Source: Klebsiella phage HZJ32. From it: a stretch of DNA of 48,287 nucleotides. The stretch lies in sequence record PQ821643.1; one strand, 5' to 3'. The notes beneath the pieces are model-generated. The model ran no database searches and was not told the DNA's origin. It saw only the letters and a program-made list of their open reading frames with translations. Each line of letters begins with the position of its first letter. The first letter of the stretch is position 1. Position numbers and translations under genes: made by a program. Positions 17,658-24,276 of this stretch are shown here, piece after piece.

Positions 17658-17848
17658 GCGCCACCCTTCTCGATGCAGAATACCCAATCGCGAGCATCAA
17701 CCGCGAAGCGCGCCACGCCGTCGAGCACGATGAAAACGGTCTGTCCGTTAACGCCGCGACCCTTCTCAATATCGGTGACGGTGCGGAACAGGTCGCTTGC
17801 GCCATATTGAATTTTGTCCCCGATTGCGACGTCAGCGAATGCTTTCAT
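17654..17848 (-). CDS. Hypothetical protein (64 aa)
   Basis: ATG overlap with the next gene; preceded by a cassette promoter. Confidence 0.6.
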   Translation of the reverse strand: MKAFADVAIGDKIQYGASDLFRTVTDIEKGRGVNGQTVFIVLDGVARFAVDARDWVFCIEKGGA

Positions 17849-17879
17849 GGTTGCTCTCCTGATTGGTTTCGATGTGGTA

Positions 17880-17922
17880 ATGATACCAGGCCTCGCGGCC
17901 CGGCGTTTAGCAATTTGTGCTT
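17880..17922 (-). promoter_or_regulatory. Cassette promoter i
   Basis: AAGCACAAATTGCTAAA ... TATCAT; 74 nt to ATG (17848). Confidence 0.65.
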
Positions 17923-18184
17923 ATTTGATGCCCTGAGCAATTTTATCCATTTTGCGGAACCAAATGTCCAGTTCTTCGAGCATATCGAACAGGTCAGCTT
18001 TTTTGCTTTCCATGATGGCATCACAGATCATGTTGATATCGCAAGCCATGACTCCGAGGTATTCACCGTAAGCGCGTACACCTGCAATGTTAGAAGACTT
18101 GCTATCACGGCGGCATTTCTGCGCTTTGTAAATCAGGCTCATGATTTTGGAAGTTTCTTTGGTCAGGATATGTACGTTGCTCAT
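17921..18184 (-). CDS. Hypothetical protein (87 aa)
   Basis: MSNVHILTKETSKIMSLIYKAQK...; preceded by a cassette promoter. Confidence 0.6.
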   Translation of the reverse strand: MSNVHILTKETSKIMSLIYKAQKCRRDSKSSNIAGVRAYGEYLGVMACDINMICDAIMESKKADLFDMLEELDIWFRKMDKIAQGIK

Positions 18185-18222
18185 GATGTTTGCCTCTTTG
18201 TCTGCTTCGTTTCGATGAATAG

Positions 18223-18265
18223 ATAATAGCAAAAGCCCACGCGGGGCTTTTAACAAAAAGTGCTA
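18223..18265 (-). promoter_or_regulatory. Cassette promoter j
   Basis: TAGCACTTTTTGTTAAA ... TATTAT; 81 nt to ATG (18184). Confidence 0.65.
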
Positions 18266-18266
18266 T

Positions 18267-18602
18267 TTACACCAGGCGGAACCGAACTTCATCACCGTAA
18301 ATCACGGCCTGAATGTGATCGCCAAATGTGACGGTTGCGCGAGTGGTTTCGTACTCCGTGTGGCCGTATCGCCATATCCCGCGCTGGGGATAATGCGCCG
18401 CGCTTTCGTGCCAAATGTTCATAGTGAACTCGCCAGACTCCCCGAACTCCAGGCACTGGCCGACCATCGCTTTGACGGCCTGGTAGTCATGCCAACGCTG
18501 AGTAGCACGATCGGTAACGCGCTCCACATGCTTGCGCTCTTTGTGCTCCGCCGCAGCCTCAATCACGGCCCACTTACTACGGGTAAATATTCTCATTTGC
18601 AT
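18267..18602 (-). CDS. Hypothetical protein (111 aa)
   Basis: MQMRIFTRSKWAVIEAAAEHKERKHVERVTDRATQRWHDYQAVKAMVGQCLEF... Confidence 0.55.
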   Translation of the reverse strand: MQMRIFTRSKWAVIEAAAEHKERKHVERVTDRATQRWHDYQAVKAMVGQCLEFGESGEFTMNIWHESAAHYPQRGIWRYGHTEYETTRATVTFGDHIQAVIYGDEVRFRLV

Positions 18603-18681
18603 TTCCCTCAAAGTCGGCGCGGAATTGCGTAGCGCCCTTAAAATGGAACCAGTCACGGTGGCATCTTCGCCGTTAATAGCC

Positions 18682-18855
18682 CTACTTCACCTCGAAAACG
18701 AATCCGTCGCAAACGCACATATCAACCAGAAATTCAGTTGCAGCGCTGAACGTCCATTCGTCAGATCCCGGCATGCGTTTCCTGATCACGCCGTCCTCGT
18801 TCTTCATCCATTGCACTCCAGATTGACGGCTTTCATATGCAACACCAGTTTTCAT
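18682..18855 (-). CDS. Hypothetical protein (57 aa)
   Basis: MKTGVAYESRQSGVQWMKNEDGVIRKRMPGSDEWTFSAATEFLVDMCVCDGFVFEVK. Confidence 0.5.
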   Translation of the reverse strand: MKTGVAYESRQSGVQWMKNEDGVIRKRMPGSDEWTFSAATEFLVDMCVCDGFVFEVK

Positions 18856-18859
18856 GCTT

Positions 18860-19135
18860 TTAATCCTCAACGGTGAATTTAATCGGTTCTTTCCCGGTCG
18901 CCTTACGATGGGAGTTGACCAGCGTTTCGAACTTGCCAATGCACTCGCGCAAATCAGTGAACGTGCTGGCGCTCCCCATGACACGCCATGATTCGACGTT
19001 CTGCCCACGAACATAGTTGATGACGTGCTTCATGATTTTGTACTGGTCACCATCCTTTTTGGTGTACACGTGCATCACTGCGATCCTGGTTGATTTGTAG
19101 GCGAATGCTTTGGTGATGTATTTGTAAGTTTGCAT
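18860..19135 (-). CDS. Hypothetical protein (91 aa)
   Basis: MQTYKYITKAFAYKSTRIAVMHVYTKKDGDQY...; preceded by a cassette promoter. Confidence 0.6.
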   Translation of the reverse strand: MQTYKYITKAFAYKSTRIAVMHVYTKKDGDQYKIMKHVINYVRGQNVESWRVMGSASTFTDLRECIGKFETLVNSHRKATGKEPIKFTVED

Positions 19136-19165
19136 CGTGTTCGCTCCTGACTGGTTGATGTGATG

Positions 19166-19208
19166 ACTATACCCGATCCCGCCAGCAGGGTTTTGATTAT
19201 TTGTGCTA
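19166..19208 (-). promoter_or_regulatory. Cassette promoter k
   Basis: TAGCACAAATAATCAAA ... TATAGT; 73 nt to ATG (19135). Confidence 0.65.
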
Positions 19209-19226
19209 TTCCTCTGATTGTCGATT

Positions 19227-19252
19227 ATTCCATCTATTCGGAATAGTGGAAT
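19227..19252. repeat. Imperfect inverted repeat/hairpin attccatctattc-g-gaatagtggaat
   Basis: 12-bp arms with a single bulge. Confidence 0.75.
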
Positions 19253-19462
19253 AGGATGTGATTGCATCTGATTCACTGGTGATTACTTTTGACGATTCAT
19301 GATTGATTGTGATTGTTTCATTCTGCGCAATGTGATGATGGAGTGTTTCATGATGTGCAACGAATTGCATAGATGCATGCACCATGCACATAATTTGCCG
19401 TTCGAATCCTGCCAAAACGGTTGCCAGTTCACAGTAACCGAATCCAGTTCACGCACAGTTCA

Positions 19463-19477
19463 GTAAGATAATCTTAC
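19463..19477. repeat. 15-bp dyad GTAAGAT-A-ATCTTAC
   Basis: Same half-site as the 2.5-2.9 kb region. Confidence 0.9.
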
Positions 19478-19510
19478 GTAAAAATTGATCAAAAAGTGCG
19501 CAGCATAAGC

Positions 19511-19579
19511 AAATAAATATACATATAAGTATATGATAAACTTAATATTATTATTATTATTCTATTATTCTCTATATCT
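19511..19579 (-). repeat. AT-rich block, inverted partner of 2696-2759
   Basis: Reverse complement: agatatagagaataatagaataataataataatattaagtttatcatatacttatatgtatatttattt. Confidence 0.75.
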
Positions 19580-19783
19580 GAATATTCCAGTTCACGTAAG
19601 ATAGTAAGGGGATGCGCTACCATTTTCGCTTGCGACAGCCTCCAAAAAATTCAGTGTTCCGCGCCGCCAGGGTATATAGGAGGGTATGGGTGTATCTTAC
19701 TTTCTTACGCAAACTGACTTGACGCCTTGCCACGCCTGGCTTAGTATGCTTACTGAATTGTAACGGAAGTGGAGAGAATTACA

Positions 19784-20338
19784 GTGAACAAGAGCGAGAT
19801 TGAACAAAAATGGGAGTTTGATCAGGTCGATCCCGAAGTGTGGATGGCATATCCGCCAGATAAACAGGCCGCTTATCATGCCTGGCTCGCTGGTGATATC
19901 TTCGGCGATGATGACGAACCGGAGCCGGAGCGCGAGCGGAAACAGGTCGGCGGTAAGCGCGAGGGGCCAACCATCCAAAGCCTGATTGAGCAGGATTTTA
20001 TTGATGGCGGTCTGTCCGGCAAGGTCGACGTCGAGGAGTTCAGCGCCACGCACGGCAAGCAGATCACATCGCACGCCATCAGGTCGGCACTGAAGCATCA
20101 CATCGGCAAACATGGCAAGTTCAAAACCAGGACGCGCGACGGCGTGATCGAATACTGGATTGAACGCGATGAATCGGCGATTAGCAGCGATGAGCAAATC
20201 CAGGCAGACCGGGAACGGGTTATCGGAATCATCCGCGCGCTGACCGGAAGTGATCTTGATGTGCGTATCGAACCAATCACGGCCCGCGTGCTTATCCAGG
20301 CTATCAAACTGAACGTCAAGGCAGGAGATGTCAAGTGA
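19784..20338 (+). CDS. Hypothetical protein, possible winged-helix-like DNA-binding segment
   Basis: GTG start after ggaagtggag; ITSHAIRSALKHHIGKHGKFKTRTRDGVIEYWI could be a DNA-binding fold (speculative). Confidence 0.55.
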   Translation: MNKSEIEQKWEFDQVDPEVWMAYPPDKQAAYHAWLAGDIFGDDDEPEPERERKQVGGKREGPTIQSLIEQDFIDGGLSGKVDVEEFSATHGKQITSHAIRSALKHHIGKHGKFKTRTRDGVIEYWIERDESAISSDEQIQADRERVIGIIRALTGSDLDVRIEPITARVLIQAIKLNVKAGDVK

Positions 20339-20514
20339 AACTCTATCAAGACCAGTCAGACCCAGCAGCACCAATGCGCTTGGGAAACACTCCAGTCGAT
20401 GATAAGGAGGTTATCGAAGCCATCGTTATTGCATCACAAGCCGAATTTCCGAGCGCCTTAGAATGCGTCGCAGGTGACTTGCTTTTGATGGCATTTCTTC
20501 CAAATTCTGAGTAA
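20335..20514 (+). CDS. Hypothetical protein (59 aa), GTG start
   Basis: Translationally coupled GTGA overlap; VKLYQDQSDPAAPMRLGNTPVDDKEVIEAIVIASQAEFPSALECVAGDLLLMAFLPNSE. Confidence 0.5.
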   Translation: MKLYQDQSDPAAPMRLGNTPVDDKEVIEAIVIASQAEFPSALECVAGDLLLMAFLPNSE

Positions 20515-20638
20515 TACATCCAGCACGTTACCGAAACGGGCCAGGCAGTGACGCGACCGGAGTTCGTCTGAGCGCCCAACGTGCTTCAGATGATGCTTTA
20601 CAGCGCAGCTAATATCGTTAGCCTGGACTATCCGCAAT

Positions 20639-20681
20639 AGCACTTTTTGGTAAAACCCGGTCAGAGGGATCGGGTATTATC
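20639..20681 (+). promoter_or_regulatory. Cassette promoter l
   Basis: TAGCACTTTTTGGTAAA ... TATTAT; 73 nt to ATG (20712). Confidence 0.7.
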
Positions 20682-20711
20682 TTCCCATCAACAACGAGCG
20701 GGGATTAATCA

Positions 20712-20933
20712 ATGTCAAAACTGCTATGCACATTCTCACAAGCCAATCAGCTTTTCACGGTTGGCGAACATTACCAAAGCGAAGTAGTTCGCCGTTGCGG
20801 GCTTGACTTCCACGAGGTCAAATCAAACAAGGGGTTTCCGATCACCTTGCAGCCTGGCGATTCAGAGCAGTATGTTTCCGCCTTCTCAGGTCATCGGCTA
20901 CTCGCAGACTTTACGCAGGTGCGAGAGGATTAA
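20712..20933 (+). CDS. Hypothetical protein (73 aa)
   Basis: Preceded by a cassette promoter. Confidence 0.6.
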   Translation: MSKLLCTFSQANQLFTVGEHYQSEVVRRCGLDFHEVKSNKGFPITLQPGDSEQYVSAFSGHRLLADFTQVRED

Positions 20934-20935
20934 CC

Positions 20936-21151
20936 ATGCCTAAATTCAGTCCAACAATCAAAATGCGCACCTTCGCTGGATACCAGATCCCGAAGGAGTC
21001 GACGAAGGCAGTGCTAGGCCGTGAATTCGGCGTGTACTTCCACTGGCAGGGCAAATGGCGATTTACCGTCATTCGCGGCTTTTACGTCACCTGCGACGGC
21101 GTTGACATTGACGACCATAGCGGAGGGAACCAGGTTCACAACTTCAAATAG
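20936..21151 (+). CDS. Hypothetical protein (71 aa)
   Basis: Stop TAG is the first triplet of the next TAGCAC element. Confidence 0.55.
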   Translation: MPKFSPTIKMRTFAGYQIPKESTKAVLGREFGVYFHWQGKWRFTVIRGFYVTCDGVDIDDHSGGNQVHNFK

Positions 21152-21191
21152 CACTTTTTGTTAAAACGCAATCGGGGTGATGCGCTATCAT
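21149..21191 (+). promoter_or_regulatory. Cassette promoter m
   Basis: TAGCACTTTTTGTTAAA ... TATCAT; 71 nt to ATG (21220). Confidence 0.7.
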
Positions 21192-21219
21192 CACCCCATC
21201 GAAACAGAGGAGCATAAAC

Positions 21220-21432
21220 ATGATCGGCAACCATAACAACCCACTCAATGCAGCATTTCACCGTCGCGCGGTAGAGCAACACTTCCACGCGCTGAAGGTG
21301 GTGTGCAACGAAATGAATCTTATGCTTGACCTGCCGTCATGGGATGCGCAACTTGAAGATTACTATGATGGCCTGCGCGCTGAACGGGATGGCATCATTA
21401 CCCGCCTGCGCCTGGCTGGTATGTTCTTATAG
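21220..21432 (+). CDS. Hypothetical protein (70 aa)
   Basis: RBS gaggag; preceded by a cassette promoter. Confidence 0.6.
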   Translation: MIGNHNNPLNAAFHRRAVEQHFHALKVVCNEMNLMLDLPSWDAQLEDYYDGLRAERDGIITRLRLAGMFL

Positions 21433-21443
21433 GAGAAACAAAA

Positions 21444-21698
21444 ATGCAACAATTCGAATCTCGCGGCAAGACCTACAACCTGCCGGACACTGCTACCCAT
21501 GCCGCACCTGGTGCATGCGTCGGCCTGTACTTTAAGGATGGCGATAGCTGGTACTTCATGGGTGATGTGATTGGTGATGTACCGCCGAAGAAATGCGGCG
21601 TGCTCCTTGGGTTCTACGATCACGACGTGGTGGAGTTGAAGCCAAAGCGCGCACCGTTCGCCTTCTGGAATAAAATCAAAGGGGCGCTGTTCAAATGA
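21444..21698 (+). CDS. Hypothetical protein (84 aa)
   Basis: RBS aggag before ATG; overlaps next gene by 4 nt. Confidence 0.6.
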   Translation: MQQFESRGKTYNLPDTATHAAPGACVGLYFKDGDSWYFMGDVIGDVPPKKCGVLLGFYDHDVVELKPKRAPFAFWNKIKGALFK

Positions 21699-21913
21699 GC
21701 GACCCGAAGCTGCAAACGGTATGCTACCGCGATTCGGATGGCGATGAATTGGTCGTTTCGCCGTTCAGTGGTGGCGCTGCTGGCGTAGAGCTTATGGCGA
21801 CCCACGATAGCGGTTGCTGCGTATTTGACGACCCGAAGGTAATCCGCGATCTGGCTAACCAGTTGCTGTCCGTCGCCGATGCCGTAGAGAGCGCACAAGG
21901 AGCGGAAAAATGA
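21695..21913 (+). CDS. Hypothetical protein (72 aa)
   Basis: ATGA overlaps on both sides. Confidence 0.55.
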   Translation: MSDPKLQTVCYRDSDGDELVVSPFSGGAAGVELMATHDSGCCVFDDPKVIRDLANQLLSVADAVESAQGAEK

Positions 21914-22107
21914 ACCAGTTCGAATATATGCATCGCGCACATAAAGCGCTTGCCATGTTCGCCTTTCACCTGGATATGAAAGTTATATCCGTGACCATTG
22001 AGGCCGGAAGCATTGAGATCTGCGGATTCGTGGGCGATTACTCATGCACCAGAACTTACGCGTTCTCATCTCTCGCCTCCCTGGAGAGTCAGGCTTATGG
22101 CTTCTAA
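21910..22107 (+). CDS. Hypothetical protein (65 aa)
   Basis: ATGA coupling with the previous ORF. Confidence 0.5.
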   Translation: MNQFEYMHRAHKALAMFAFHLDMKVISVTIEAGSIEICGFVGDYSCTRTYAFSSLASLESQAYGF

Positions 22108-22306
22108 CCGAAAATTCAGGATCGTGCGCATTGCGACGCTTGACGCCTTCGGGCGTCCGGTGTAGTGGTATGCAGCACAGCGGCGTGTTGCCTTCTTCTG
22201 GTGGGTGACGGTCGAGCACTTCGGCCAGTTGACGCAGGCCCGCTACTGGCTCCACAAATCCGGCGCACCGCACCGCCAGGAACGGGTAATCAAGGTGGTT
22301 GAATAG
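22097..22306 (+). pseudogene. Amber-interrupted ORF (70 codons with in-frame TAG at 22163-22165)
   Basis: Reads MASNRKFRIVRIATLDAFGRPV*WYAAQRRVAFFWWVTVEHFGQLTQARYWLHKSGAPHRQERVIKVVE; both halves look protein-like and the terminal TAG joins the next TAGCAC cassette. Confidence 0.5.
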
Positions 22307-22346
22307 CACGAATTGCTAAAACCAATCAGGGGTAAGCTGGTATAGT
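22304..22346 (+). promoter_or_regulatory. Cassette promoter n
   Basis: TAGCACGAATTGCTAAA ... TATAGT; 74 nt to ATG (22378). Confidence 0.7.
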
Positions 22347-22377
22347 TACCCCATCGAAACGAAACGGAGTTACAGCA

Positions 22378-22590
22378 ATGAAAATCAAAATCACCAAAAT
22401 CAACACCCTTAACGGCGACGGCTCAATTACCCTGGAAGAATGCGGCCTCAAAATCGGCGAAGTTCTTGAGGTAGACGGCCACTTCAGTGACGGCTCCTAC
22501 TGCGTGATCGCTCCGCGCAATAGCGAGTTTATCCAGTCTGGTGACAATATCAGCGTGAGCGAAGACGAATGCGAGGTTGTTGAAGAATGA
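22378..22590 (+). CDS. Hypothetical protein (70 aa)
   Basis: MKIKITKINTLNGDGSITLEECGLKIGEVLEVDG...; preceded by a cassette promoter. Confidence 0.65.
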   Translation: MKIKITKINTLNGDGSITLEECGLKIGEVLEVDGHFSDGSYCVIAPRNSEFIQSGDNISVSEDECEVVEE

Positions 22591-23162
22591 ACAACAAAAT
22601 TTGGGTACTGACCTACACTATCGGAACTAACGAGGGGCGCAAATCGCGCCGCCTCACCTGCGACACGAAAGCGCAGGCGGAAATGCAGCAGCGCGTGCTG
22701 GGCGGCGAAGTGGTTGAATACATCCGCCAGCCGGAATCCTTCCAGGTCAATTGGCCTGAGAAGATGGATGTTGACGCCGTACTGCATGAAATGCGCAAGG
22801 TGCAAAACGACCCGGCGGCGTGGAAAGATCTGTACCTTTGCGGCGGTGACGCTGAGTCAGTCCGGGATCCCTTCCGCCTTGTCCGGCAGGCGCACGCGGA
22901 ATGGTCGGATCGCCAGTTCGGAAACGTTGGCCCAGTTGGCCCACTGAAACACCTGGCTAAAGAGGCCAACGAAGCCGCTGAAGCACCGGATGACATTAGC
23001 GAGTTCGCCGATATCATCATGTTGGTGTGGGACTCAACCCGCCGCGCCGGATTCAGCGATGAGCAGTTGGCAATGGCGGTGGCGGAAAAGCTGGAGCGGA
23101 ACAAGCGCCGACAGTGGGGAAGCGTCAAAGATGGTGAGCCGTGCCACCACTTGAAAAATTAA
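22587..23162 (+). CDS. MazG-like / DUF550 dNTP pyrophosphohydrolase-like protein
   Basis: GPLKHLAKEANEAAEAPDDISEFADIIMLVWDSTRRAGFSDEQLAMAVAEKLERNKRRQW resembles phage MazG/DUF550 domains. Confidence 0.6.
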   Translation: MNNKIWVLTYTIGTNEGRKSRRLTCDTKAQAEMQQRVLGGEVVEYIRQPESFQVNWPEKMDVDAVLHEMRKVQNDPAAWKDLYLCGGDAESVRDPFRLVRQAHAEWSDRQFGNVGPVGPLKHLAKEANEAAEAPDDISEFADIIMLVWDSTRRAGFSDEQLAMAVAEKLERNKRRQWGSVKDGEPCHHLKN

Positions 23163-23231
23163 CGAATTCGTATACCATTTAAATCGCCTGTAAGCGATTC
23201 TGGCGGGCGCAAATTTCATTAAGGTGATTCT

Positions 23232-23456
23232 ATGTCTGAGTTCTCAAAAGTCGAAGATATGCCGATTGGCGCAACGGTAACGGGTATCCAGATGAGTGAG
23301 TCGGTCGATACGATTACTCCGCTGTCCTTCCCGGTTACACAGGTCGAAACCGATAGCAAAAAAGGTTTCATCTTCATCTACAAAAATTTCAACGCCCCTC
23401 TGCGTGTCGAGATCTTCATCGCTCGCGGAACCTGGGTTGAATGGGAGAAGGCTTAA
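23232..23456 (+). CDS. Hypothetical protein (74 aa)
   Basis: Well-formed ORF, RBS aaggtg. Confidence 0.55.
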   Translation: MSEFSKVEDMPIGATVTGIQMSESVDTITPLSFPVTQVETDSKKGFIFIYKNFNAPLRVEIFIARGTWVEWEKA

Positions 23457-23690
23457 ATGTTCGGACTGAATGAGGCGCAGTACAACGCTGTGAAGCGCGT
23501 GGCGAAACGAATGACGGCGGAAACCAAAGACGCCATACGGAAGGACAAAAAGACTTACGATCAGGTCGCCGCCCGGATGATCGATAAGCATTGGGCCGAA
23601 GTCAACACGCTGTTAACTCGCGGTCAGTTTATCTGGCTGGCTGGCTATCTCGAAGGCCGTTTCGGTCGACGTGATGGCGAGTATGAGTAA
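23457..23690 (+). CDS. Hypothetical protein (77 aa)
   Basis: Abuts previous stop. Confidence 0.6.
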   Translation: MFGLNEAQYNAVKRVAKRMTAETKDAIRKDKKTYDQVAARMIDKHWAEVNTLLTRGQFIWLAGYLEGRFGRRDGEYE

Positions 23691-23717
23691 AAAGTAAGCG
23701 AACGAATCAACAGCCTA

Positions 23718-23746
23718 TTGACGCATTCACGCTGACCGGGTATCGT
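23718..23746 (+). promoter_or_regulatory. Candidate sigma70 promoter for the packaging/structural operon
   Basis: TTGACG-N17-TATCGT. Confidence 0.5.
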
Positions 23747-23821
23747 TAAAAGCGTAGACACAAGAGGCGGTAAGCATCCGCAAGTCTCGCCCCGCTTAGG
23801 GGCTTTTATTAAGGGGTGATG

Positions 23822-24013
23822 ATGCAGTACAAGGTCATACTCACAGCAAGGAAAATGGGCGGCTTTTGCAAGTCCTGCATTCAAGAGTTCAGCATGACGA
23901 TTGAAGCGAACGATACCGCCGACGCGGTGGAGAAAGCAAAAAAGCAATCCGGCGTAAATCTGGATACGCACAAAATCAACATCAACTACATAAGGGAAGT
24001 CAATCAATGTTAA
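23822..24013 (+). CDS. Hypothetical protein (63 aa)
   Basis: MQYKVILTARKMGGFCKSCIQEF..., RBS aagggg. Confidence 0.5.
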   Translation: MQYKVILTARKMGGFCKSCIQEFSMTIEANDTADAVEKAKKQSGVNLDTHKININYIREVNQC

Positions 24014-24270
24014 CTCTGATTATTGCTTTGTTAATGCTGTTCATAGGCTATCACGTTGGCGCGGCTCATCTTGTAGAGCGCATTTCAAAGCGGGTACATG
24101 AAGGCACATTTGCGGCCATGATGTACAATAAGAAAACGGCACGTTGGGAAAAAATTGGCGATCCGGATGGTATCGCAAAACGAATTGCTTTTTCGCCGCT
24201 TCCGTATGTTGACTGCGAGCCGTTTGTAAAACTACAGAAGACGCTGAATCGGCGTAACAAGCTGATATGA
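24007..24270 (+). CDS. Small putative membrane-anchored protein (87 aa)
   Basis: MLTLIIALLMLFIGYHVGAAHLVERI... Confidence 0.55.
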   Translation: MLTLIIALLMLFIGYHVGAAHLVERISKRVHEGTFAAMMYNKKTARWEKIGDPDGIAKRIAFSPLPYVDCEPFVKLQKTLNRRNKLI

Positions 24271-24276
24271 ACATAA

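Noticed and set aside
19697-20374. 225-aa minus-strand ORF antisense to 19784-20338
   Set aside because: The plus-strand ORF has an RBS and forms an operon with the downstream gene; the antisense product is low-complexity and repetitive in composition.
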